Part shown: one piece after another, positions 16,652 through 24,939 of the stretch
Layout: every line of letters starts with the position of its first letter
How positions within the stretch are numbered: position 1 is the stretch's first letter
From: an uncultured bacterium
Lineage (GTDB): Bacteria > Patescibacteriota > Minisyncoccia > Minisyncoccales > RBG-13-42-11
Direction: 5' to 3'
Length of the DNA stretch: 64,000 nucleotides
Assembly: GCA_963790795.1 (NCBI GenBank)
Contig: CAWBPO010000001.1
Coordinates: 268,073 to 332,072 of the forward strand
Notes under the pieces: generated by a model
What the model saw: only the letters and a program-made list of their open reading frames with translations
The model's database searches: none
Told to the model about the DNA's origin: nothing
Position numbers and translations under genes: made by a program

Positions 16652-17687
16652 GAAGATTACATATTGCGATGCTTTGAACGAAGCAATGATGCAGGAAATG
16701 GGGAGAGACCGGAATGTTTTTGTCTATGGCCTGGGAGTAGCTGATTTTAAAAGGATTTTTAATACAACTAAGGGTATTGTTGAGAAATTCGGGAAAAAGA
16801 GGTGCTTTGAAACGCCTTTGTGCGAGGACACGATGACTGGATTCGGTTTCGGAGCATCCTTAAACGGCCTGAAGCCGATTCATATTCATACAAGGGTAGA
16901 TTTTTTGCTGCTGGCGATGAACCAGCTGGTCAATATGGTTTCCTGTTACAGATACGGCACGGGAAAACGTATTAAACTTCCTTTTGTGATTCGAGCCATT
17001 ATCGGTCGGGGATGGGGTCAAGGTTTCCAGCATAGCAAAACTATGCAGTCGGTTTTTGCCCACATTCCGGGTTTAAAAGTAGTGATGCCGACTACTGCCC
17101 GCGATGCCAAAGGTTTGTTAATAGCTGCTATTAGAGACAACAATCCCGTAGTTTTTCTTGAGCACAGATGGCTTTATTGGCAGAAAGGAAATGTTCCCAA
17201 AAAGTCATTTGCCTTGCCTTTCGGAAAAGCCCAAATATTGCGCAGGGGAAAAGATCTGACCATTGTGGCCACTTCTTGGATGAACGTTGAAGCCTTAAAA
17301 GCAGCTGAGATTTTACAAAAAAGAGGGATAAGCATTGAAATAGTGGATCCGAGAACGATAGTTCCTCTTGATGAAGAAGCAATTTTAAAATCGGTCAGAA
17401 AAACAGGCCGTTGTATTATAGCAGATAACGATTGGCTGTATTGCGGTTTCAGCGCTGAATTAGCCAGTTTGGTTTCTGAAAAATGTTTTGGGAAACTAAA
17501 ATACCCGGTCCAGAGAATAGGATTTGCCCAGACTCCTTGTCCTACGGTCAGGCATCTGGAAAACGAGTTTTATCCCAATGCCGCAAAAATTGTAAGAGCA
17601 ATAGAGAAAATGTTGAAATTGCCTCCTGCCGATTTGTCAAAAGAGAATTTTTACAGCCACGAAAATAAATTTAAGGGTCCATTCTAA
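16641..17687 (+). CDS. thiamine-diphosphate-dependent dehydrogenase E1 component, beta subunit-like
   Basis: ORF 16605..17687; ATG 16641 (MKNRKITYCDALNEAM) overlaps the alpha stop. Transketolase-like pyrimidine-binding and C-terminal domains (RCFETPLCEDTMTGFGFGASLNG, NPVVFLEHRWLY). Confidence 0.85.
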   Translation: MKNRKITYCDALNEAMMQEMGRDRNVFVYGLGVADFKRIFNTTKGIVEKFGKKRCFETPLCEDTMTGFGFGASLNGLKPIHIHTRVDFLLLAMNQLVNMVSCYRYGTGKRIKLPFVIRAIIGRGWGQGFQHSKTMQSVFAHIPGLKVVMPTTARDAKGLLIAAIRDNNPVVFLEHRWLYWQKGNVPKKSFALPFGKAQILRRGKDLTIVATSWMNVEALKAAEILQKRGISIEIVDPRTIVPLDEEAILKSVRKTGRCIIADNDWLYCGFSAELASLVSEKCFGKLKYPVQRIGFAQTPCPTVRHLENEFYPNAAKIVRAIEKMLKLPPADLSKENFYSHENKFKGPF

Positions 17688-18514
17688 TGAATTTTAAAAA
17701 AATTAAAGAAAAATCAAATTGGATAAGGAAACAAGCTTTAGAAATGGCGGTTTCTGCTGGAAAAGGTCATTTAGGAGGAGCTTTTTCTTGCGTAGAAATT
17801 TTAGTAGCACTTTTTTACGGCCGCATTTTAAGGTTCTCTCCTCGAAAAAAGAAGGATCCGAATAGAGATAGATTTATTCTGAGTAAGGGTCATGCTTGTT
17901 TGACATTGTATTCTATTTTGGGCGATTTAGGTTTTTTTAGTAAACAACAACTGAAAAACTATGGTAAAGACGGTTCTCTTTTGGGCGGTCATCCAGACCA
18001 TTATACTCCAGGAGTAGAAGTTTCTACGGGTTCTTTGGGTCACGGTTTGGGAATTGGTTGTGGTTTGGCTTTAAGCGCGAAACTGAACCATAAATCTTTT
18101 ATTACTGTGGTGCTTTTGGGGGACGGTGAATGTTGCGAAGGTTCAGTATGGGAAGCTGCCACTTTTGCTTCTGCCCAAAAATTAAACAATTTAGTTGCAA
18201 TAGTTGATAATAATAAAGTAGGCGCGACTTCTCCGACTAAAAAATATGTAGGGCCCATGTCTTGGACTGGAAAATGGAGAGCTTTCGGTTGGGATGTTAA
18301 AGAAATAGATGGCCATAATTTTAAAGATATTTTTTCTGTTTTAAAAGATATTCACTCAAGAAAATCAAAAAGGCCATTAGTTATTGTGGCTAATACTATT
18401 AAGGGCAAAGGAGTATCTTTTATGGAGAACGATTTTCATTGGCATCATGGTATTCCCAAGGGAGAACTCTTAGAACAAGCAAGAAAAGAATTAAATAAAC
18501 CGCAAAATTTATGA
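17687..18514 (+). CDS. transketolase, N-terminal (ThDP-binding) subunit
   Basis: GHLGGAFSCVEILVALFY, DRFILSKGHACLTLYSIL, GSLGHGLGIGCGLA and LGDGECCEGSVWEAATFA...AIVDNNK. Confidence 0.85.
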   Translation: MNFKKIKEKSNWIRKQALEMAVSAGKGHLGGAFSCVEILVALFYGRILRFSPRKKKDPNRDRFILSKGHACLTLYSILGDLGFFSKQQLKNYGKDGSLLGGHPDHYTPGVEVSTGSLGHGLGIGCGLALSAKLNHKSFITVVLLGDGECCEGSVWEAATFASAQKLNNLVAIVDNNKVGATSPTKKYVGPMSWTGKWRAFGWDVKEIDGHNFKDIFSVLKDIHSRKSKRPLVIVANTIKGKGVSFMENDFHWHHGIPKGELLEQARKELNKPQNL

Positions 18515-19467
18515 GTAATAAACCGAAGACAAAAATTTTATACACTGATATGCGCGATGCAGTTTTTGAAGAATTGTATCTTATTGCAAAGAAAGACCGA
18601 GATGTAATTTTACTAACAGGAGACCAAGGGGCGAAAAGTTTTGAAAAGTTTCAAAAAAACATTCCGTCGCAATTTATTAACATGGGACCGGCTGAACAAA
18701 ACATTATAAGTGTTGCCGCTGGCCTTGCTTTAGGAGGAAAAAAGGTTTTTACCCACGCTATTGCAAGCTTTATTACATCACGCTGTTATGAACAAATTAA
18801 AATTGATATTGGATTGATGAATTTACCTGTAACCATTTTGGGCGTTGGCGGAGGTTATTCTTATGAAAGTGATGGACCCACTCATCATTCAAATCAAGAT
18901 CTAGCTATAATGAGAGCAATTCCCGGATTAACTATTTTAAACGCTTCAGATCCAATAAGTTTGGCGAATTTTCCCGCTTTGGCCTATAACAGTCCCAGTC
19001 CGGTCTATATTCGTTTCGATAAAGGGAACTATCCTTTTATTTACAAAGCTAATCATAATTTTAAAAATGGCTTACACATGATTAAACCTGGTAATGATTT
19101 AATCATTGTTTCTACGGGAATTATGACCCACCGAGCGTTAGAGGTTGCCCAAATTCTTAAAGAACATAACATCAAGGCTGGGGTTATCGATTTATATCGC
19201 ATAAAGCCAATTAATGAAAACCTGCTATTAAAATTTTTGCAAAAAACCAAAAATATTATTACCATAGAAGAGCACTTAATGTACGGAGGAATTGGCACTA
19301 TTATAAGTGATTTTTTATGCGACCACAATCTTCCTTTAAGATTTAAACGTTTTGGTCTCGTCGATAATTACTGTTTTAACTACGGTAGTCGTGGCTACAT
19401 GCATAAAAAAGCATGCCTCGATGTTAACGCTATAGTTAGACAGATCCTTTTATGGTTAAAAAAGTAA
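18511..19467 (+). CDS. transketolase, C-terminal (pyrimidine-binding + C-terminal domain) subunit
   Basis: FINMGPAEQNIISVAAGLALGGKKVF, GPTHHSNQDLAIMRAIPGLTIL. Start overlaps the upstream stop (ATGA). Confidence 0.85.
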   Translation: MSNKPKTKILYTDMRDAVFEELYLIAKKDRDVILLTGDQGAKSFEKFQKNIPSQFINMGPAEQNIISVAAGLALGGKKVFTHAIASFITSRCYEQIKIDIGLMNLPVTILGVGGGYSYESDGPTHHSNQDLAIMRAIPGLTILNASDPISLANFPALAYNSPSPVYIRFDKGNYPFIYKANHNFKNGLHMIKPGNDLIIVSTGIMTHRALEVAQILKEHNIKAGVIDLYRIKPINENLLLKFLQKTKNIITIEEHLMYGGIGTIISDFLCDHNLPLRFKRFGLVDNYCFNYGSRGYMHKKACLDVNAIVRQILLWLKK

Positions 19468-21371
19468 ACATAAAAAATGACAGAATACTCATTATAGTTG
19501 TTGGGTACTTTCCGTTTAAGGAAAGGGCTTATTACGAGTTCCCTTTAGGGTTGGCCTATGTATCTGCATGCTTGAAACAAGCAGGTTATATCGTGGATGT
19601 GCTTAATTTAAATCATTATGATGGCAATCAATTCGATTTAATTAAGGAGAAAATGGTTGAAAATAGCTACGGATATGTTTTGACTGGCGGTCTGTCTGCC
19701 CATTTTCAGCAGATCAAAGCTATTATTGATGATGTTCGTAATTCTGGCTCGACCGCTAAAATAATAATAGGCGGTGGTATAGTAACGGCTACTCCGAAAT
19801 TAATGTATGATTTCCTAGGGCCTGATTATATGGTTTTGGGAGAGGGCGAGATTACTGCTGTTGAATTAATAAAAGAAATTAACAACGGCGGAAAGAATTT
19901 AAAACGCGTTAAGGGAATTGGCTATTCTAACTCTTCTGGAAAATTGGTTGTCACTTTGCCAAGAGAGCCGATTATGGATCTTGACAGCCTTCCCTGGCCC
20001 GATCTGGAAGGTTTTGAATTTGAAAAATATCTTGAATCACAGACGCCAAACGATACTTTATATTTGTACATTAATGATAAGCCTCGATTTTATCCAATAA
20101 TTTCTAGCCGTGGATGTCCTTATAATTGTACTTTTTGTTATCATCCTTTAGGACAGAAATATCGAAGTCGTTCTATTGATAACTTTATGGAAGAAGTAAA
20201 ATATGTTACGGAAAAATATAATGTCAACAACTTAGCGATTTTTGATGAGCTTTTATCTTCTAATCGTAAGCGTTTATTTGAAATTTGTGAACGTTTAAAG
20301 AATCTGCCAGGTAAGTTACATTGGATGTGTCAATTGCGGGTAGATAACATTGATGAACAAATGCTAAGTATAATGAAAGAAGCCGGTTGTTTTCTTATTA
20401 GTTATGGTTTTGAAAGTGTCAGTGATATTGTGCTCAAAAGCATGAAGAAACATATTACAAAAGTACAAATTGAAAAGGCGCTCATTCTAACGCGAAAAGC
20501 TGGAATAGGAATTCAAGGATATTTTATATTTGGTGATACTGCAGAAACAAAAGAAACTGCATACGAAACATTACATTTTTGGAAAAAGTATCGTGATTAT
20601 CATATTACTATGGGATATGTTCGTCCTTATCCCGGCTCAGAACTATGGAATAGGGAAATAGTGGAGGGGAGACTGAATACTGCTGCAGATCAGCTTAGGC
20701 TCCTTGACCAGTGTGTGAATGATCCTCGTAATTTAAGTAGAATGGATAAAAAAGAGTGGTTCGAATTGCAAAAAGATGTCCAGAAGGCAATTATCTTAAA
20801 TAAACATTTTGGCGAATTAATTTCTAGTGAGAAAATTGTTGAGAATAAATATTCTATTACTATTTGTTGTCCTCACTGCCAGCAGGTAATTACTTACAAA
20901 AATTTTCATCAACGCATTTTAGGCATTTTTAAACTTGCTTGCCGCAATTGTAACCAAACAATGAATATGACGCCTCTGGCGTTTGGACATGTAAAGGATG
21001 ATTATGAGCGAAATCTGGCAGTTTATAAAAAAATAAAAGATGATCATGTGCCTGTAACGGTAATTCCATGTATGAGCGAACCTGAATTTTCTGCTATGGC
21101 CGAAATTTCCTTGGAGGGTACTAATATACAAAATTTTATGGATATCCGTGATGATAAAGTAAATAGAATATACATGGGAAAGAAAGTGCTAAAACAAAAC
21201 GTAAAAAATGTAAATTCATGTAAGGAGTACTATTTTTTAATTCCTCTTACGCGCCATGCTAATCGGATTTTTTCGTATCTGCTATCATCGGGAGTAAAGG
21301 AAAACCACATTTGTCGGTTAGACGAAATTATTGTTGGGCCAATTAAAGAAAACGCTTTTTGTCAAGCCTAA
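19452..21371 (+). CDS. B12-binding-domain radical SAM enzyme (class B, candidate C-methyltransferase) with C-terminal Cys4 zinc-ribbon extension
   Basis: N-terminal cobalamin-binding-like domain (ILIIVVGYFPF...GLAYVSACLKQAGYIVDVLNL). Radical SAM CxxxCxxC = SSRGCPYNCTFCYH. C-terminal ~200 aa carry CCPHCQQV...CRNCNQT. Confidence 0.8.
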   Translation: MVKKVNIKNDRILIIVVGYFPFKERAYYEFPLGLAYVSACLKQAGYIVDVLNLNHYDGNQFDLIKEKMVENSYGYVLTGGLSAHFQQIKAIIDDVRNSGSTAKIIIGGGIVTATPKLMYDFLGPDYMVLGEGEITAVELIKEINNGGKNLKRVKGIGYSNSSGKLVVTLPREPIMDLDSLPWPDLEGFEFEKYLESQTPNDTLYLYINDKPRFYPIISSRGCPYNCTFCYHPLGQKYRSRSIDNFMEEVKYVTEKYNVNNLAIFDELLSSNRKRLFEICERLKNLPGKLHWMCQLRVDNIDEQMLSIMKEAGCFLISYGFESVSDIVLKSMKKHITKVQIEKALILTRKAGIGIQGYFIFGDTAETKETAYETLHFWKKYRDYHITMGYVRPYPGSELWNREIVEGRLNTAADQLRLLDQCVNDPRNLSRMDKKEWFELQKDVQKAIILNKHFGELISSEKIVENKYSITICCPHCQQVITYKNFHQRILGIFKLACRNCNQTMNMTPLAFGHVKDDYERNLAVYKKIKDDHVPVTVIPCMSEPEFSAMAEISLEGTNIQNFMDIRDDKVNRIYMGKKVLKQNVKNVNSCKEYYFLIPLTRHANRIFSYLLSSGVKENHICRLDEIIVGPIKENAFCQA

Positions 21372-21377
21372 ACAAAT

Positions 21378-22403
21378 ATGTATCAAGATAAAAAAGTATT
21401 AGTAGCCGGTGGAACAGGAACAATAGGTATTCCTCTGGTAAAAAATTTAAGAAAGTTGGGCGCAGATGTGACAGTTGTTTCTTTAGATAACACTAATTAT
21501 GTTAAAACGGTGCTGGGTAATAAGATTCGTTTCTGGCAAGCGGATCTCACTGACTATAACAACTGTCTGAACGCTACCAAAAATCAAGATTATGTTTTTA
21601 ATCTTATTGGATTAAAGGGTTCTGTCGGAATCGGAGAGACAAAAGTGGCTAGCTATTTTGTTTCAATGTTGCGTTTTCAGACAAATCTGATGGAGGCCGC
21701 ATTCCGTTCAGGAATTAAGCGTTACTTGTTTGTAAGTAGTGTCTGTGTTTATCCTCCTTCAAAACTGCATAAGGAAGATAATGCGTGGAATGGCCTGCCA
21801 AGGCAAAACGATCGCTATCCTGGTATAGCAAAAAGAGTGGGCGAAATTCAGGGCGAGACCTATATGCATGAATATGGATGGGATGCAGTAAGAATAGTTA
21901 GGCCCTCTAATGTTTATGGTCCTTTCGATGATTTCAATCCCACAAGTGCTCAAGTCATTCCTGCATTAATTCGGAGAATGATTAACGGAGAAAATCCTAT
22001 AAAAGTATGGGGAGATGGTTCGGCCGTGAGAGATTTCATATTTTCAGAAGATGTTGTCGATGGAATGCTTTTGGCATTAGAAAAAGCGCTTCCAGGTGTG
22101 CCCATTAATCTTGGTAGTGGGAGGGGATGTACAATAAAAAAACTAGCAGAAACCATTGCTAGGCATGTTCCTACAGCACCCTTGATAGAGTGGGATTTCT
22201 CCAGGCCATCAGGTGATCCTATTAGAGTTTTATGTACAAAGAGGGCCAGAAAACTGCTTGGCTTTAAGCCAAAGACAACACTTGATGAAGGTATCCAGAA
22301 AACAATTGACTGGTTTCTGAATAACCAAGAATTAGCCGACCAAAAAGGGAGAGCCTTCGAGCTTCTTCAAAATCAAAATAAAATAACAAAAAAATATGAA
22401 TAA
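21378..22403 (+). CDS. NAD(P)-dependent epimerase/reductase SDR, GDP-L-fucose-synthase-like (paralogue 1 of 3)
   Basis: KVLVAGGTGTIGIPLV, YPGIAKRVGEIQGETY, RPSNVYGPFDDF, VIPALIRRM and VWGDGSAVRDFIFSEDV. Confidence 0.75.
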   Translation: MYQDKKVLVAGGTGTIGIPLVKNLRKLGADVTVVSLDNTNYVKTVLGNKIRFWQADLTDYNNCLNATKNQDYVFNLIGLKGSVGIGETKVASYFVSMLRFQTNLMEAAFRSGIKRYLFVSSVCVYPPSKLHKEDNAWNGLPRQNDRYPGIAKRVGEIQGETYMHEYGWDAVRIVRPSNVYGPFDDFNPTSAQVIPALIRRMINGENPIKVWGDGSAVRDFIFSEDVVDGMLLALEKALPGVPINLGSGRGCTIKKLAETIARHVPTAPLIEWDFSRPSGDPIRVLCTKRARKLLGFKPKTTLDEGIQKTIDWFLNNQELADQKGRAFELLQNQNKITKKYE

Positions 22404-22821
22404 AAAAAATAACCGTCTATACCTTCCAACACTTGCCGACTTAATAGATCAATTGGCCATTGATCAAATTAAAGAAGTCTTAAGGCCAGCGAATAAAGAT
22501 AGCTATGCCAGAGAAATGAAAAAAATAGGCCATGATATCGACATCCTAATCGAAGAAAAACAATTGAAGCTATCGGCTCGGTTGATTAGAATTATCATTG
22601 CCCTTGCCCAGCTAAATCTTCATATCTGGCACCACAAAGATAAAATGCAACACGACCAAAAACACTATTCGGAGTTGTTAAAGTTTGCTCACCAATTAAA
22701 CGGACTTCGTAATCAAATGAAGAATTTGATCTTGGAAGAGATTGGATGTAAAGAACCGAGCACTAGAAAAACTAATTTTAATACCGACGGTCTTGATGGT
22801 TGGGAAATTAGCATAGAATAA
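22396..22821 (+). CDS. small helical protein of unknown function (possibly DUF4254-like, recall only)
   Basis: 141-aa ORF overlapping the upstream stop. LADLIDQLAIDQIKE...LNLHIWHHKDKM...LRNQMKNLI. No catalytic motif recognised. Confidence 0.4.
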   Translation: MNKKNNRLYLPTLADLIDQLAIDQIKEVLRPANKDSYAREMKKIGHDIDILIEEKQLKLSARLIRIIIALAQLNLHIWHHKDKMQHDQKHYSELLKFAHQLNGLRNQMKNLILEEIGCKEPSTRKTNFNTDGLDGWEISIE

Positions 22822-22833
22822 TAGAGTAAAACT

Positions 22834-23970
22834 ATGAAATATAAAAAACTGGGAGATACCTCGGTTAAAATTTCTGCAATTGGACTAGGTACTACTGGTT
22901 CTGGCAGTTATTTAAATATTGATCATCAAAAGACTAAACAACGTATCGAACTATACCAGCAGGCTATTGATTTAGGGCTGACATATTTTGATACAGCAGA
23001 AATCTATGGCGGTGGTTATGCTGAGGAAGTTCTGGGTAGGGCAATTAAAGGTATTAGAGATAAAGTATTTATTGCCTCGAAATTTAATCCAAACAATAAT
23101 TCCTTTGATATGGTTATGAAATCTGTTGAAGGTAGCTTGAAAAGACTAAACACAGACTATATTGATTTATACCAAGTCCACTGGCCAAATCCGTTGATTC
23201 CGATATCTGAGACAATGGAGGCGCTTGAAAAACTAGTTGAACAAGGGAAAATAAAGCACATTGGTGTTAGCAACTTTTCCCTAGACGAATTTAAAGAGGC
23301 ACAAAATTTTTTACAAAAAGAAAAAGTTATCTCCATTCAAGTTGAGTATAATTTACTTGATCGTACCATTGAAAAAGAAATTCTTCCTTATTGCACGAAA
23401 AATAATGTATCAGTTATTGCTTATAGTCCTCTAAACCAAGGTAAATTAACTTGGCGGAATAAGCAGACTGTTATTCTTGATAATATAGCTAAAAAGTACG
23501 GAAAGACCTCTTGCCAAATTATTTTCAACTGGCTTATCTCACACTCTCCAGTGATTGCTTTAACAAAAATAAACAACTCGGAACATTTAAAAGAAAATAT
23601 TTTGTCAACAGTATTTACCTTGGATAAAAGCGATCTAAAATTAATAAATAATACATTCTGTGAAAAACCTATCAATGTGCCAACACAAAAAATTCGTGTA
23701 AATAAAATAGATGATCGACCAGCCTACAGTTCAGTTCAAGAAGCAATAGAAAATAAATTAGACTTTATTCCCAGTCCTCAAATTTTAGCTGAAAATATTT
23801 TATCACGAAAGATATTTAAACCAATTCGATTAGTATCCACTAAAGACCGTACCGGAAAATATGATTATGATCTAGACACGTATGATTTAATGGGAGAAAT
23901 TAAGAAGTATTGGGCATGGATAATTGCTTATGGCCCTAACGTACCCATCCCAGCCTATTATCTAGAATAA
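22834..23970 (+). CDS. aldo/keto reductase fused to a conserved ~100-aa C-terminal ParB/Srx-like extension (paralogue A)
   Basis: AKR motifs ISAIGLGT, YFDTAEIYGGGYAEEVLG, DYIDLYQVHWPNP and IGVSNFS. C-terminal extension ...DFIPSPQ...KPIRLVSTKD...YDL...YWAWIIAYGPNVPIPAYY is shared with 24940..26076. Confidence 0.8.
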   Translation: MKYKKLGDTSVKISAIGLGTTGSGSYLNIDHQKTKQRIELYQQAIDLGLTYFDTAEIYGGGYAEEVLGRAIKGIRDKVFIASKFNPNNNSFDMVMKSVEGSLKRLNTDYIDLYQVHWPNPLIPISETMEALEKLVEQGKIKHIGVSNFSLDEFKEAQNFLQKEKVISIQVEYNLLDRTIEKEILPYCTKNNVSVIAYSPLNQGKLTWRNKQTVILDNIAKKYGKTSCQIIFNWLISHSPVIALTKINNSEHLKENILSTVFTLDKSDLKLINNTFCEKPINVPTQKIRVNKIDDRPAYSSVQEAIENKLDFIPSPQILAENILSRKIFKPIRLVSTKDRTGKYDYDLDTYDLMGEIKKYWAWIIAYGPNVPIPAYYLE

Positions 23971-23989
23971 CAATTAAGAATAACAATTT

Positions 23990-24934
23990 ATGAAACAAAA
24001 AATTTTCAAATTAACTCTAAAAGATTTTGCCAGATTTATAGGAACAATTGTTAATGATATACCTAAGGATTGTAGAGAGCTAATTGCTAAATTTGACTCT
24101 CGATGCAGGAAATTAAATCAAGCAGAACGGGACAAAATTATTTTGGATATTTTAAAACGAATAGATTCTCCTGACCTTTCTATCTCTGGGGACAAAAATA
24201 AAAAAAACTGGGAAAAGGGCTGGAAAGAAAATCTGCAAAATTTTATTAAAAGCAATTACGATATTAATGAGTTAGTTCCTAAATATGTTAAATCTGATTA
24301 CCCTATTAGGCTTTATAGTGATTACGTGATGCCTTTTGATGCTAAATTTGAACTGCATTGGTGCAATATTTTCCGACAGTGGCTTTTTAAAAAATATTTT
24401 AAAGATGTGGAACATATCTATGACTTTGGCTGCGGCACAGGTTTGAATCTTGTTAAGCTGGCAAAAATTTTTCCTCAAAAAAAATTATATGGTCTGGACT
24501 GGGTAAAACCCTCTATGGACATTCTTAAATTATTGGCCAAAAAGCATGATTATAATATAAAAGGATATTTGTTTGATATGTTTGCCCCTGATGAAACTTT
24601 TGACATTCAAGAAAATAGTGGAATTCTGGCTTGGGGGGCCTTAGAACAAATGGGGCATAATTTTGAGCCCTTCCTCCAATTTATTTTGAAGAAATCACCA
24701 AGGATTTTTGTTCTTGTTAATACAATTGTGGAATTATATGATGAGAGTAATTTGGTTGACTACTTGGCTATTAAATTTAATAAGAGACGGAATTATTTAG
24801 AGGAATTTTTGCCTCGTCTGCGTCAATTGGAAACAGAAGGCAAAATCGAAATCTTAAAAATTCAGAAAGTGCCATTTGGGACCCTGTATCTTGATGGTTT
24901 CTCTTTTATTGTCTGGCGATCTAAAAAAGTATAA
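23990..24934 (+). CDS. class I SAM-dependent methyltransferase
   Basis: Motif I HIYDFGCGTGLNLVKLA, followed by acidic-loop LYGLDW. The N-terminal ~140 aa are an extra domain. Confidence 0.7.
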   Translation: MKQKIFKLTLKDFARFIGTIVNDIPKDCRELIAKFDSRCRKLNQAERDKIILDILKRIDSPDLSISGDKNKKNWEKGWKENLQNFIKSNYDINELVPKYVKSDYPIRLYSDYVMPFDAKFELHWCNIFRQWLFKKYFKDVEHIYDFGCGTGLNLVKLAKIFPQKKLYGLDWVKPSMDILKLLAKKHDYNIKGYLFDMFAPDETFDIQENSGILAWGALEQMGHNFEPFLQFILKKSPRIFVLVNTIVELYDESNLVDYLAIKFNKRRNYLEEFLPRLRQLETEGKIEILKIQKVPFGTLYLDGFSFIVWRSKKV

Positions 24935-24939
24935 TTTTT

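Noticed and set aside
15689-19467. The ThDP enzymes as a phosphonate (phosphonopyruvate decarboxylase) cluster.
   Set aside because: No PEP mutase or aminotransferase/dehydrogenase partner typical of phosphonate pathways is present. The motifs match E1 alpha/beta and transketolase rather than the Ppd subunits.
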